64,000 bases of DNA from Takakia lepidozioides (taxonomy: Eukaryota > Plantae > Bryophyta): contig CM060734.1 in NCBI GenBank assembly GCA_030704615.1, forward strand, positions 20,460,001 through 20,524,000, in the 5' to 3' direction. A program made the translations under genes and the position numbers. Positions 35,724 to 48,043 of the stretch are shown piece after piece. The notes below the pieces were generated by a model, which saw nothing but the letters and a program-made list of their open reading frames with translations, ran no database searches and was not told the origin of the DNA. Numbering within the stretch: position 1 is the first letter of the stretch; every line of letters starts with the position of its first letter.

Positions 35724-38700
35724 TCAACGCTTCTTCCGCTTTTGAGGTCGCCCTTCGAACGCTGCAACTGCCTCGGATGCGTTTCCCATTTCTGAGGCAC
35801 GCACCCAAGATGCCTCCACAAGATGATAGCCCTTCCATTTGACGAGATACTCCGTTTCTCGGTTCTTGAACCTCCTCGACTTAAGTATTGCCTCCACCTC
35901 GTACTCGGGTTCATTTTCATGATCCAACAGCATAGGTGGCGGACGCAACACTTGCTGCCGATTCGGACGTGCTTCATCTTTGAAGTAAGGCTTCAAAAGG
36001 GAGACATGGAATACTGGGTGCACCTTGCTGTTTGCTGGCAGCTCCAATTCATACACATCCTCATTCATAACCCTCCGAATGCGAAAGGGACCCGCATACG
36101 GAGGTACGAACTTCGGACTCATTTCCGGAGGTAGTCGAAAATTCTTGATGTTCAACCAGACCTCTGTGCCTGCCTCAAACTTCACTTCCCTCCGCTTCCG
36201 ATTCGCCTGCCTTTCATACCGTTTCCTAGCTTTGGCAATGTTGTACTTTGCGAGCTTCAACAAACGCTCGCGTTCTTCCAGTACCGCCGCTACTGCCGGT
36301 TCCTCAACGTCCTGGGCGGCCCAACTTGTCGGCACCAGAGGTGCTTTTCCATAGACCAACACAAAAGGGGAAACTCCCGTCGCGGAGTGTTCTGTGTTAT
36401 TATAACAGAACTCTGCCGCGTCTAAGTGTTCCATCCAGTCTGATTGGTCTGCCGACACGTAATTCCGCAAGAATTGCTTCACTACGGAATTCACTCTTTC
36501 CGTTTGGCCGTCCGTCGTAGGTCGGAAGGCGGTGCTCATCTTCAGCCTCGTCCCCATCTTCTTCCAAAGTGCTCTCCAGAATTTACTCGTAAACTTTGGG
36601 TCGCGGTCCGAGACAATATCCTTCGGGACTCCATGATGCTTTAAGACGTGGGCGAAGTAAAGTCGCCCTGTCTCCTGCGCAGTTGCCGTCTCCTTGGTGG
36701 GGATGAAATGGGCCATTTTACTGAACCTATCTACCACCACCATGATTGCATCGAATCCTTTTGACAGCGGCATAGCAGTCATGAAATCCATCGAGACGCT
36801 TTCCCAAGTCCCCTCTGGAATCGGCAAGGGTTGTAACAGCCCCGCTTGCTTTTTATACTCGCTCCGGTTTTGTTGGCATGTGGTGCATGTCTTTACATAC
36901 TCCTCTGCCTCCTCCCTCAGTTTGGGCCAGAAATACTCTTTCTTCAAGAGTGCCGCAGTGCGCTTGGCTCCACCGTGGCCCGCAAGCGGGCTATCATGGC
37001 ATTCTCTCAAGAGACTATCCCTGATCCCTCCCTTTGGCACATAGAGACGTTTTTGCTTATACCGGAGCAGTCCGTTTTGCAAGTGGAACTGCGATTTAAC
37101 CCCCATTCTCAAGTTCTGCATCACGCACTTTGCCAGCTCATCCTTCCGGCAAGCCTTCCGGATCTTCCTTTGGAGCGCCGTCTCGCCCTTGTACACCAAC
37201 AAGAGCTGCTGCTTTCTACTTAAAGCATCGGCCACCACATTGTCCCGTCCCGGTTTGTACTGGATATCCACGTCGAACACTGCCAAAGTATCTTGCCACC
37301 TAAGTTGTTTTGGGGACAACTTGGGCTGCGTGGCAAAATACTTCACCGTGACATTGTCCGTGAACACCTTCACTGGGTTGGAACCAACATAGTGGCGCCA
37401 GAGTTCAAGGCAATGTACCACCGCCTTCATCTCTTTTTCGTGCGTCGGCCACCGTCGCTCCACTTCATTCAGTTTCTTACTTTCGTAAGCCACTGGACGT
37501 CCATCTTGCATAAGTACACCCCCAATTGCGAAGTCCGATGCATCTGTATGAATCTCAAACGGACGATCGAACTCCGGGATTTTTAAGACTGGAGCTTCCG
37601 TCATCCGCTGCTTCAATTCAGCAAAAGCTTGGCCACAAAATGTGTTCCATACCCAGACTTTGGATTTACACAGAAGGTCCGACAGCGGCCCCGCGATCTT
37701 GGCGAAATTTCTCACATACTTCCGGTAATAGGAGGCGAGTCCTAGGAAGGATCGCACTCCCGGGACCGAAGTCGGAGGCTCCCAGTCCAAGATCGCCCTC
37801 ACCTTTCTGTCATCCATTTTGATCCCATCCTGTGTAATCACGTGCCCCAAGAACTCCACTTTTGTGACCCCGAATTCGCACTTTGAAGCTTTGGCATACA
37901 GCTTCCCTTCTCGCAATTTTTGGAACACCCTTTTGAGGTGCTCCAGGTGCTCCTCCTTTGTTTTCGAGTACACCAAGATGTCGTCGATGTACACGATCAC
38001 AAAGTCATCCAACCACTCCTGGAAAAGGCTGTTCATCAGCGTGCTAAATGTCGCTGGTGCATTGGTGAGCCCAAAAGGCATCACCAAGAACTCATATGAA
38101 CCATACCTTGTCCTGCACGCGGTCTTCTCCTCATCTCCTTCCGCCACCCGAATTTGGTGATAGCCGGAGCGCAAGTCGATCCGGCTGAAATACTTCGCTC
38201 CTGCCAACCGATCGAAGAGGTCGTCGATCCTTGGCAAAGGGTACCGGTTTTTGATAGTCACCTTATTCAGAGCCCTGTAATCGACACACATCCGCAGCGT
38301 CCCATCCTTCTTGTCTGCAAATAGCACCGGGGCTCCGTAAGGTGACTTACTCGGCCGGATGTACCCCTTTGACATTAGATCTTTGAGCTGAGTCTTCAGC
38401 TCGACCAACTCTTTGTGGCTCAACCGGTAGGGCGCCTTGGCAGGCGGTTCCGATCCCGGTATCACCTCAATTTTGTGGTCAACTCCTCTTCGCGGTGGCA
38501 AGCCGCTTGGTAAATCCTCCGGCATCACATCCTGGTATTTCTCCAAAATCCCCTTGATCCAATCTGGGCTCGGCTCCCCATCGCCTTCTCCTTTCACTTC
38601 TCTAATGTAAAGCAAAAACTGGGACTCGTGTGTCTCCTCCACGGCCCACTCCTTTGCTGATAGAAGGTTTATTCGCCCTCCCACGGATTTGGGCGTTTCC

Positions 38701-40286
38701 GACACTCGTAAAACCTCGCCACCATTCCCACATGGCAGCGTGACTACTCTCTTGCGGCCATCTATGACCGCTCCGGATTTGCTCAAAAAGGTCATTCCCA
38801 AAATGAGATCCACTCCATCGATCTCGCAGATAGTGAAGTTCTCACGTCCCTCCCAACTCCCCAGTTGAAGAGGAACATCAAACGCCAACCTTGTCGCCAA
38901 CTGAGGTTCTCCTTTGGCAGAGCGCACCTCAATAGAGGCCCCCACGTCACTTGTCGGGAGTCCCAACTTTCGCGCCGCCGCCGGCGTCATGAAGGAGTGC
39001 GACGCTCCTGTGTCCACCAACAACGACACATTAGTTCCGGATATTATCCCATCCACGAACAATAACTGACTCCCTTTTCGTAAGGCGCCAGTTTCCTGAT
39101 ACAACTCACAAGAAAATTTGCCTACCTTGCAAGTCCTGGCGACCACCGCTTCCACCAAGCGACTGATGGTATCTTCCGACAGCTCCGTGGTCGCCCGAGT
39201 CATGTTCAATTGCCGGGGCTTCGTGCACTTCTTGGCCATGTGCCCGGGCTCCCCGCAATTGAAACACACTCCATCAAAGGTCGCCTTCTGTCCGCCATAA
39301 GTCGCTCCACCCGCTTTTCCTTTCGAAGCACCGGGTGCCGCCTTGACGTGTGAAGGACCTCCCTTCGATTTCCACGTGCCATTTTCGCCGCGTGGCCTAT
39401 CCCACTTCTTTTCCGGTCGGGAGGAGTCACCTTCCCGCCGGGTCTTCTTGTGGTTCAGCTCCGTACGGCCTTGTCTCTCACCCCTAGGGACATCCGAGAA
39501 ACATTCAGCTCTCTCAATTGCCTCGTTCAAAGTCTTGGGTGGCTTCTCCTCCAACTTCCGCCTAGCCCATGGGGCCAGTCCCGCCACAAAGTTGAAGACC
39601 ATTTCTGGTTCTGCCATGTCCGCGACTTCGAGCAACAGCACATTGAAAGCCTGGACATACCCCCGAATGTCATCTGTTTGCTTCAAATTCCTCATCTTGT
39701 CCCGGGCAAGCCAGGATGCGTTGAGGGGCACAAACTGTCTCTTCATCAATTCCTTGAACTCACTCCAGTTCAAGGTTTCCGGGCTTGGGCCTCGGTCGTG
39801 AAGGCGTTTCTGCCACCATTGTTGAGCATAGCCCCTCAAATAGGTGGGAGCCACTTCCACCCGATCCTCGTCACTCAACTTGGCCGCCCGGAAGTACTGC
39901 TCTAGCTCCAGGAGCCAGGTGTTGAGTGCCTTCCGGTTTCGAACGCCCTCGAAGGTGCCGGGTTCCTTAGGCTTCACCTTAAACTTTGCCTTGGTGGAAG
40001 TGGCATTAGCCGCCTTCAACACGTCTTTCAACGTCCCGCCAAACTGCGCCAACAACCCTTCCCAAAAGGCTGCCGGCATGGGAGGCATCTCTTGGTTTGT
40101 CGGAGCTCTCAAAGATTCCTCGGGCTCCGACTCCTCGGATTCCTCCCGCTCCTGAGCGGCCTCGTTTTCGGAAACATTAATCGCTTCCTCAAACGGCCGC
40201 CTCGGTGACACGTCGCCCCCATCGGGCTCACCGGGGTCATCATCTTTTGGGCCGTTCCGCTTTCGCTTCGGCTTGCCCGACCCCAT
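35724..40286 (-). CDS. Gag-Pol polyprotein (1,520 aa from the first ATG): gag, CCHC knuckle, aspartic protease, RT, RNase H, integrase, chromodomain
   Basis: [14 protein letters not shown]; [10 protein letters not shown]; MPFGLTNAP and YIDD; [12 protein letters not shown]; HHCC and DDE integrase; [11 protein letters not shown]...YLVKWKGY...ASW; terminal PQKRKKR. RNase H signatures ([22 protein letters not shown]) resemble the Galadriel lineage (from memory). Confidence 0.97.
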   Translation of the reverse strand: MGSGKPKRKRNGPKDDDPGEPDGGDVSPRRPFEEAINVSENEAAQEREESEESEPEESLRAPTNQEMPPMPAAFWEGLLAQFGGTLKDVLKAANATSTKAKFKVKPKEPGTFEGVRNRKALNTWLLELEQYFRAAKLSDEDRVEVAPTYLRGYAQQWWQKRLHDRGPSPETLNWSEFKELMKRQFVPLNASWLARDKMRNLKQTDDIRGYVQAFNVLLLEVADMAEPEMVFNFVAGLAPWARRKLEEKPPKTLNEAIERAECFSDVPRGERQGRTELNHKKTRREGDSSRPEKKWDRPRGENGTWKSKGGPSHVKAAPGASKGKAGGATYGGQKATFDGVCFNCGEPGHMAKKCTKPRQLNMTRATTELSEDTISRLVEAVVARTCKVGKFSCELYQETGALRKGSQLLFVDGIISGTNVSLLVDTGASHSFMTPAAARKLGLPTSDVGASIEVRSAKGEPQLATRLAFDVPLQLGSWEGRENFTICEIDGVDLILGMTFLSKSGAVIDGRKRVVTLPCGNGGEVLRVSETPKSVGGRINLLSAKEWAVEETHESQFLLYIREVKGEGDGEPSPDWIKGILEKYQDVMPEDLPSGLPPRRGVDHKIEVIPGSEPPAKAPYRLSHKELVELKTQLKDLMSKGYIRPSKSPYGAPVLFADKKDGTLRMCVDYRALNKVTIKNRYPLPRIDDLFDRLAGAKYFSRIDLRSGYHQIRVAEGDEEKTACRTRYGSYEFLVMPFGLTNAPATFSTLMNSLFQEWLDDFVIVYIDDILVYSKTKEEHLEHLKRVFQKLREGKLYAKASKCEFGVTKVEFLGHVITQDGIKMDDRKVRAILDWEPPTSVPGVRSFLGLASYYRKYVRNFAKIAGPLSDLLCKSKVWVWNTFCGQAFAELKQRMTEAPVLKIPEFDRPFEIHTDASDFAIGGVLMQDGRPVAYESKKLNEVERRWPTHEKEMKAVVHCLELWRHYVGSNPVKVFTDNVTVKYFATQPKLSPKQLRWQDTLAVFDVDIQYKPGRDNVVADALSRKQQLLLVYKGETALQRKIRKACRKDELAKCVMQNLRMGVKSQFHLQNGLLRYKQKRLYVPKGGIRDSLLRECHDSPLAGHGGAKRTAALLKKEYFWPKLREEAEEYVKTCTTCQQNRSEYKKQAGLLQPLPIPEGTWESVSMDFMTAMPLSKGFDAIMVVVDRFSKMAHFIPTKETATAQETGRLYFAHVLKHHGVPKDIVSDRDPKFTSKFWRALWKKMGTRLKMSTAFRPTTDGQTERVNSVVKQFLRNYVSADQSDWMEHLDAAEFCYNNTEHSATGVSPFVLVYGKAPLVPTSWAAQDVEEPAVAAVLEERERLLKLAKYNIAKARKRYERQANRKRREVKFEAGTEVWLNIKNFRLPPEMSPKFVPPYAGPFRIRRVMNEDVYELELPANSKVHPVFHVSLLKPYFKDEARPNRQQVLRPPPMLLDHENEPEYEVEAILKSRRFKNRETEYLVKWKGYHLVEASWVRASEMGNASEAVAAFEGRPQKRKKR

Positions 40287-40327
40287 GATGAGGCCAATCC
40301 CAAGGACGATCGCGTACTGAACTCTAA

Positions 40328-40339
40328 GCTCTGATACCA
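40328..40339 (-). promoter_or_regulatory. Primer-binding site complementary to the tRNA-iMet 3' end
   Basis: TGGTATCAGAGC 2 nt downstream of the 5' LTR; identical in all six copies. Confidence 0.92.
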
Positions 40340-42540
40340 AATGTCGCACACCTCAATTCGGTAAACTCCCCTTCAAGTCATAGTTACTCGCTTTGATGCG
40401 CGCGCCTGACTCCCAACCTGGCCGCCGGGCCAACTTGGAGTTTCGGCTGCTCACCGGGACATAACGGTCCCCTTCCGCTTCCCTCTAAACCCTCCACCTA
40501 TTTGGGACTAGGAGAATTCCCTTTGGTAGATGGCAGTCCGGAACAGCTCCCCACTCTTTGGTCGCTTTCCGGCTCGCTCGCTTACTCACTAGTTTTTGGT
40601 CACCAACGGGCTTGCACCGTTCTCGGGGTTACTACTCCCTATATATACTTCTGTAGCTGTCCGCGGGGGTTTCATAACCAGCCATGCCATTTTATGGCGA
40701 ACCACCACGAAAACCCTCGACTCCCGGTGGTGAGTCGCGGTGAGTCTTGGCCCACTCACCGCGGCCCCAATGGACCGTGATGAGTCCCAAGACTCCCCAC
40801 GACTCCCACCTCGAGGTCTCCACCCCATGGTGAGTCTTATGCCACCCCCACTAAGTCCCACTAAGCTACCACCACCCCTTGTGGAGCCACCTCACCGCAA
40901 CCCGGTGTGCGGGGCTCCACCTAGTGAGCGCCTCCGCCTCCTTGAGTGCCTTGGGCACTCAAGGGTGCTTCAGCCCCCCATACCTATCGCTGCCGCTGCC
41001 CCCACCACAGGGGCAGCCCCTCATGTGTCCCGACCCCCTGCCCTCAAGGCAAAGGGCCGCGACATGCATGGTGTGGTTGGCTAGTGTGTAGAATGCATGC
41101 TAGCTTACAAAAGTGGGAGAGGTAAATTGGGTTAATCGTGTGTTTGCGCAGTGCCGAACTCGGGTGACTTCCATCCAAAGGGGCAAGGAAACTTGCGCCT
41201 TCTTTAGGAGTTCACGTGCTAGTGCGTACCTGGCGCGTGCGCATACTATAACTGCGCTACCGAGGGGGTTGCTTTGTAGTGCGGGCTAACGCGGAAGCTA
41301 CGTGCTTCCGTTCACGTACTATAATCGTGTAGCCTCGGGACGAAGTCGTAGTGCGGCTTCGGCGTGTTCCCGTACCTCAGGCCAGCATTCCAAGGCGGAC
41401 CCAATTGTAGTGATTGGGGCGCGCGGTTGGTTCAAGGTTATCTTCCTAGTCAAAGAGGGTTCGAGGTGAACCCTTGCTCAAGGTGATGCCAAAAGCGGCA
41501 TCATGAGCGGTCGCAAGCAATGTTGTTGCAGTAAGGTGATTCGATCCTCGGGGAGGATCATTCCTTGGCCTTGAAGTAGGCCAAGAATAGTGCACTGGGA
41601 GGAGCTTGAGAGGCTCCACCCTTGGCCGGGACTTGGAGGAAGTCGGCCGAACTAGCTAGTGGAGAGTAGAGTCAAGTGTGGGGTTTGGTTCTTTGCCATG
41701 GGACGTCATGGTACGGAAACAAACTCCTTGATGTGGGATGCCACAACTTGGATGTTCGTTTCCACAAAATGTACAAGCTGATGAGGACATCGACTCCCTG
41801 TTGGTAGGGGTGTGTGTCGCGGCCCTTCGCCTTGAGGGCAGGGGGTCGGGACACAAGAGGGGCTGCCCCTGTGGTGGGGGCAGTGGCAGCGATAGGTATG
41901 GGGGGCTGAAGCACCCTTGAGTGCCCAAAGCACTCAAGGAGGCGGAGGCGCTCACTAGGTGGAGCCCCGCACACCGGGTTGCGGTGGGGGTGGCTCCACA
42001 AGGGGTGGTGGTAGCTTAGCGGGACTTAGTGGGGGTGGCATAGGACTCACCCTGGGGCGGAGACCTCGTGGTGGGAGTCGTGGGGAGTCTTGGGACTCAT
42101 CACGGTCCATAGGGGCCGTGGTGAGTGGGCCAAGACTCACCGCGACTCATCACCGGGAGTCGAGGGTGTTCGTGGTGGTTCGCCATAAAATGGCATGGTT
42201 GTTTGTGAAACCCCCGCGGACAGCTACAGAAGTATATATAGGGAGTAGTAACCCCGAGAACGGTGCAAGCCCGTTGGTGACCAAAAGCTAGTGCGTAAGC
42301 GAGCGAGCCGGAAAGCGACCAAAGAGTGGGGAGCTATTCCGGACTGCCAACTACCAAAGGGAATTCCGCTGGTTCTAAATCGTTGGAGGGTTCTTTGGGA
42401 GATCAAGGGGGGGACCGTTATGTCCCGGTGAGTAGCCGAAGCTCCAAGTTGGCCGGGCTGCCAGGTTGGGAGTTAGGCGCGCGCATCAAGCGAGTAACTA
42501 TGACTTGAGGGGGGAGCTTACCAAAGTGAGGTGCGCGACA

Positions 42541-44874
42541 CCCAGTGGAAGGGCGAATAAACCTGCTGTCAGCAAAGGAGTGGGCCATGGAGGAGCCACA
42601 CGAGCCCTAGTTCTTGCTTTACGTAAGACAAGTGGAGGGAGAAGGCGATAGGGAGCCGAGCCCAGATTGGATCAAGGGGATCTTGGAGAAATACCAGGAT
42701 GTGATGCCAAAGGATTTACCAAGCGGCTTGCCACCGCAAAGAGGAGTTGACCACAAGATTGAGGTGATACCGGGATCGGAGCCACCTGCCAAGGCACCCT
42801 ACCGGTTGAGCCACAGAGAGTTGGTCGAGCTGAAGACTCAGCTCAAGGATCTTTCCTAGGACTCGCCTCCTATTACCGAAAGTATGTGAGAAATTTCGCC
42901 AAGATCGCGGGGCCGCTGTCAGACCTTTTGTGTAAGTCCAAGGTATGGGTATGGAACACCTTTTGTGGCCAAGTTTTTGCCGAGTTGAAGCAACGGATGG
43001 CGAAAGCTCCAGTCTTGAAAATCCCGGAGTTCGACCGTCCATTTGAGATTCATACAGATGCGTCGGACTTCGCAATTGGTGGTGTGCTCATGTAGGATGG
43101 ACGTCCAGTGGCTTACGAAAGTAAGAAACTGAATGAAGTGGAGCGACGGTGGCCAATGCACGAGAAAGAGATGAAGGCGGTGGTGCATTGCCTTGAGCTT
43201 TGGCGCCACTATGTTGGTTCCAACCCGGTGAAGGTGTTCACGGACAATGTCACGGTGAAGTATTTTGCCACACAGCCTAAGTTGTCCCCAAAACAACTTG
43301 GGTGGCAAGACACTTTGGCAGTGTTCGACGTGGATATCTAGTACAAACCGGGATGGGACAATGTGGTGGCCGATGCTTTAAGTAGAAAGCAAGAGCTCAA
43401 GTTGGTGTACAGGGGCGAGACGACGCTCCAAAAGAAGATCCGGAAGGCTTACCGGAAGGATGAGATGACGAAGTCCTTGATGCGGGACTTGAGGATGGGG
43501 ATTAAATCGCAGTTCCACTTGCAAAATGGACTGCTCCGGTACAAGCAAAAGCGTCTCTACGTGCCGAAGGGAAGGATCAGAGATAGTCTCTTGAGAGAAT
43601 GCCATGATGGCCTGCTTGCGGGTCACGGTGGAGCCAAGCGCACCGCGACACTCTTGAAGAAAGAGTATTTTTGACGCAAACTGAGGGAGAAGGCCGATGA
43701 GTATGTCAAGACATGCACCACATGCCAACAAAACCGGAGCGAGTACAAAAAGCAAGCGGGGCTGTTACAACCCTTGCCGATTCCAGAGGGGTCTCGGGAA
43801 AGTGTCTCGATGGATTTCATGACTGCTACGCCGCTGTCAAAATGATTCGATGCAATCATGGTGGTGGTGGATAGGTTCAGTAAAATGGGCCATTTCATCC
43901 CCACCAAGGAGACGGCAACGGTGCAAGAGACGGGGCGACTTTACTTCGCCCCCGTCTTCAAGCATCATGGACTCCCGAAGGATATTGTCTCGGACCGCGA
44001 TCCAAAGTTTACAAGTAAATTTTGGAGGGCACTTTGGAAGAAAATGGGGACGAGGCTCAAGATGAGCACCGCCTTCCGACCTACGACGGACGACCAAACG
44101 GAAAAGGTGAATTCCGTGGTAAAGCAGATCTTGCGGAATTACGTGTCGACAGACCAATCAGACTGGGTGGAGCACTTGGATGCGGCAGACTGTTATAATA
44201 ACACAAAACACTCCGCAATGGGAGTTTCCCCTTTCATATTGGTCTATGGAAAAGCACCTTTGGTGCCGACAAGTTGGGCCGCCCAGGACGTTGAGGAACC
44301 GGCAGCAGCGGCGGTGCTGGAAGAACGCGAGCGTTTATTGGAGCTCACAAAGTACAACATTGCCAAAGCTAGGAACCGGTATGAACGGCAGGCGAATCGG
44401 AAGCGAAGGGAAGTTAAGTTTGAGGCAGACACAAAAGTCTGATTGAACATCAAGAATTTCCGACTACCTCCGGAAGTGAGTCCGAAGTTCGTACCTCCGT
44501 ATGCGAGGCCCTTTTGCATCCGGAAGGTTATGAATGAGGATGTGTATGAATTGGAGCTGCCGGCAAACAGCAAGGGGCATCCGGTATTCCACGTCTCCCT
44601 TTTGAAGCCTTATTTCAAAGATGAAGCGCGTCCGAATTGGCATCAAGTGTTGCGTCCGCCACCTATGCTGTTGGATCATGAAAATGAACCTGAGTACGAG
44701 GTGGAAGCAGTGCTTAAGTTGAGGAGGTTCAAGAATCGAGAAACGGAGTATCTCGTGAAATGGAAGGGTTATCATCAAGTGGAGGCAACTTGGGTGCGTG
44801 CCTCAGAAATGGGAAACGCATCCGAGGCGGTTGCAGCTTTCGAAGGGCGACCTCAAAAGTGGAAGAAGCGTTGA
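42541..44874 (+). pseudogene. 3' pol portion of copy 2 (RT core deleted; RNaseH-IN-chromodomain with stops)
   Basis: Resumes after TSD CCCAG; LKTQLKD joins directly to FLGLASY at ~42850; many nonsense codons. Confidence 0.9.
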
Positions 44875-45776
44875 TGAGGACATCAACCTTGGATCGTGGG
44901 GGAGAAAATGTATGCTTAGCCCGGCTTAGCTAGCTCAGGAATCCGATTGCAAAAACTTGTGTTGTATAAATTTTGTTATAAACGAAATGGTTTCCAAATG
45001 TTGTGCGTCCTATTTTGTTTGGAATGGTGATGCATGGTATGGTTGGCTAGTGTGTAGAATGCATGCTAGTTTACAAAGGTGGGAGAGGTAAATTGGATTA
45101 ATCGTGTGTTTGAGCAGTGCCTAAATCGGGTGACTCCCATCCAAGGGGCAATGAAACTTGCGCCTTCTTTGGGAGTTCACGTGTTAGTGCGCACCTGGCA
45201 CGTACGCGTACTAGAATTGCGCTACCAAGGGGATTGTCTTGTAGTGCGGGCTAACGCGGAAGCTACGTGCTTTCGTTCACATACTATAATCGTGTAACCT
45301 CGGGACGAAGTCGTAGTGCAGCTTCGGCGTGTTCCCGTATCTCAGGTCAGCATTCCAAGGCGGACCCAATTATAGTGATTGGGACGCACGGTTGGTTCAA
45401 GGTTATCTTCCTAGTCAAAGAGGGTTCGAGGTGAACCCTTGCTCAAGGTGATGCCAAAAGCGACATCATGAGTGGTCGCAAATAATGTTGTTGCAGTAAG
45501 GCGATTTGATCCTCGGGGAGGATCGTTCCTTGGCCTTGAAGTGGGCCAAGAAGAGTGCACTGGGTGGAGCTTGAGAGGCTCCACCCTTGGCCGAGACTTG
45601 GAGGAACGGCCGAACTAGCTAGTGGAGAGTTGAGTCAAGTGGGGATTTGGTTCTTTGCCATGGGACGCCATGGTACGGAAACAAACTCCTTGATGTGGGA
45701 CGCCACAACTTGGATGTTCGTTTCTACAAAATGGACAAGTCGATGAGGACATCGACTCCCTGTTGGTAGGGGTGTG

Positions 45777-46512
45777 TGTCGCGGCCCTTCGCCTTGAGGG
45801 CAGGGGGTCGGGACACAAGATGGGATGCCCCTGTGGTGGGGGCAGTGGCAACAATAGATACGGGGGCTGAATCACCCTTGAGTGCCCAAGGCACTCAAGG
45901 AGGCGGAGGCGCTCACTAGGTGGAGCCCTGCACACTGGGTTGCGGTGGGAGTGGTTCCACGAGGGGTGGTGGTAGCTTAGTGGGACTTAGTGGGACTTAG
46001 TGGGGGTGGCATAGGACTCACCATGGGGGCGGAGACCTTGTGGTAGGAGTCGTGGGGAGTCTTGGGACTCATCACGGTCCAATGGGGCCGTGGTGGGTGG
46101 GCCAAGACTCACCGCGACTCATCACCGGGAATCGAGGGTTTTCGTGTTGGTTCGCCATAAAATGACTGGGTTGTTTGTGAAACCCCTGCGGACAGTCACA
46201 GAAGTATATATAGGGAGTAGTAACCCCGAGAACGGTGCAAGCCCGTTGGTGACCAAAAACTAGTGAGTAAGCGTGCGAGCCGGAAAATGACCAAGGTGTG
46301 GGGAGCTGTTCCGGACTGCCAACAACCAAAGGGAATTTCCACTAGGCCCAAATTGAGAGAGGGTCTTGTGGAGGAGCAAAGGGGGATCGTTATGTCCCGG
46401 TGAGCAGCCGAAGCTCCGAGTTGGCCCGGCGGCCAGTTTGGGAGTTAGGCACGCGCATCAAAGCGAGTAACTATGACTTGAAGGGGAGCCTACCGAAGTG
46501 AGGTGCGCGACA
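45777..46512 (+). repeat. 3' LTR of copy 2
   Basis: Follows TTGGTAGGGGTGTG; TGTCGCGG...GCGACA; has an extra TTAGTGGGAC unit compared with 9871-10596. Confidence 0.93.
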
Positions 46513-46589
46513 GTCATGGTTACAGAGTTTGGCGGTGAAAATTGGCAGGAGGGCGGAGCTCCGCCCTCGGCTTTTGCTAAGATCTGGAC

Positions 46590-46830
46590 CATGATATGTT
46601 TAGTGGGTGTTTCCACTTTACAATGAACATTCACCCAAAACTGAGTGGAACAGTTCTCCAAACTTTCCTCTCCAAGAACAAAGTCCGCAACTCTATCCCA
46701 AGGTATGCAAGCCTTATGAACATGCACTCGCACCCCCATAAACCCATTTTGAGTGTCACTCTTCCAATGGAGGTCCTTGTTGTTGAAGGGCCCTGGTTTT
46801 GGTATTTGCAAACATTGTTGAAGAAGGCGT
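46590..46830 (-). pseudogene. Fragment resembling the N-terminus of plant SWIM/MULE-related proteins
   Basis: DLHWK...ACIPWDRVADFVLGEESLENCSTQFWV resembles the L.W...A.IP..RV.DFV.GE.....C.T.F.V pattern recalled from Arabidopsis At1g60560-type SWIM proteins; no downstream domains. Confidence 0.4.
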
Positions 46831-47327
46831 ATAAGCGGGCTTTCAGTTTGTTATATCTCATCGCCTTCTGCTTCTACGTCCATGCCCTGTACAGTACTGA
46901 AGACACGCTTCAGAACCTGCAAGGAACGCCCCGCAGTCTGGACACAATCGAGAACGTGCAATGAGTAATAGGACGCACGTTTGCGTCTGCTAGCAGCTGG
47001 CAGGCAGCAGGGATAAGGCGTGGCATGGTGCCCTAAAAATGGAGGGCTGGGATGGGTTTTCAGGGCGGACGGTCCAGATCCGGCGCTGGCAGCAGACTGA
47101 CACATGGGACTGGCCGCAGCGGTTGCTGCATCCGCGGGAGCGGGGGCCGCGGCCGAGGTGGGGGGCGGGGGCACCCCACGTCCGTGCGTGCAGGCCGCCG
47201 CATCCCTGGCGTGTGCACATTGAAGACGCTATTATCTTAAAATGAAAGGCTTTCTTATTGGTTTTCTATTATTTGTGATGCTGGGTGCCAATTGGGTAGC
47301 AGCCTGGGTGTGAGCTATTGGCGGATA

Positions 47328-48043
47328 CCGTAGTGGGAAGGCTGATCCGGCAGTGAAGTGCCGAATATTTATTTTCTTTACAACAAAACACTTTGGCACA
47401 ACTTAAGGAAATTTCTAGATTTTACGGCAATGCCACGATGAGATTTTAAGTAATTCGGTGGTGACTCCCTGCATGAACTTGCTCTATCTACTGTACCAGT
47501 TGTGTTAAAAGAATTATGTACCAACAGTCAGTAGCTTAGATGGTTAAGTGCACTGAGTGCTACCCAGATGATTCTGGGGTCAAATTTTGCTACTGACGGT
47601 GTGGTATGGTTCCTGGGCGGTGTCCCACTCATTCGCCTCCATGGCGCATAAATGAAAGAGGTTATTTTCTCCTCTCACTACTAAGGGGCCAAATTTGTGA
47701 GCTGGCGCTCCCAGGTGTTTCCCCTTTTTAAAAAAAAAACAAACAAAAAAAAACACAAATTATGTGGGTTGTTAAGAGCCATGAGAACATCTGGTCAATC
47801 ATCAAATGCAGTGATTGTTCAGCCAATTATTCTAGGATTTCTCAGAGCTAAGGAAACTATTTTCCTAGAGCTTTATGCCTTGAAACATGCATTTGGAGAT
47901 TTGATATTTGGAGTTTGTTTGAGATTTTAGGCATTTTTTTTGTAAAGTTTCTGGAATTTGGGCAGTTTTTCCTAAATTTTCACTTAATTATTAGGCAGAT
48001 TCATTTCTAATTATTTAGTGCCGGATCAGCCTTCCCACTACGG
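47328..48043. mobile_element. MITE with TA target-site duplication (Tc1/mariner-pogo type), 716 bp
   Basis: Perfect 25-bp TIR CCGTAGTGGGAAGGCTGATCCGGCA (47328-47352, 48019-48043); TA on both sides; AT-rich non-coding interior. Confidence 0.88.
47520..47757 (+). mobile_element. tRNA-derived SINE nested in the MITE
   Basis: tRNA-like head 47527-47597 with A-box-like TAGCTTAGATGG, degenerate B-box GGGTCAAAT and complementary ends GTCAGTAG/CTACTGAC. A-rich tail ~47730-47757. Direct repeat AATTATGT at 47512-47519 and 47758-47765. Confidence 0.7.

Larger units (their letters stand above)
34096..41064 (-). mobile_element. Chromovirus copy 5: complete, young element (6,969 bp) nested in the 3' UTR of copy 3
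   Basis: Exact TSD TGCAT (34091-34095, 41065-41069). LTRs 34096-34817 and 40342-41064 differ at about three positions by eye. PBS 40328-40339, PPT-like 34818-34831, uninterrupted polyprotein. Confidence 0.97.
23626..42540 (+). mobile_element. Chromovirus copy 3, nested in copy 2
   Basis: LTRs 23626-24350 and 41815-42540; exact TSD CCCAG (23621-23625, 42541-42545); PBS at 24353-24364. Confidence 0.93.
9871..46512 (+). mobile_element. Chromovirus copy 2, outermost element of the nest (expanded to 36.6 kb by insertions)
   Basis: LTRs 9871-10596 and 45777-46512 share diagnostic variants (GGGAGTGGTTCCACGAG, AAAATGACTGGG, AACAACCAAAGGGAATTTCC). Flanks GTAAT/GTCAT form a 5-bp TSD with one mismatch. 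Coding pieces 10652-12023, 23419-23625 and 42541-44874 are collinear once the insertions are removed. Confidence 0.88.

Noticed and set aside
47527-47597. Functional tRNA gene
   Set aside because: Degenerate B-box and no convincing anticodon or T stems; followed by an unrelated body, A-tail and TSD, so it is a SINE head.
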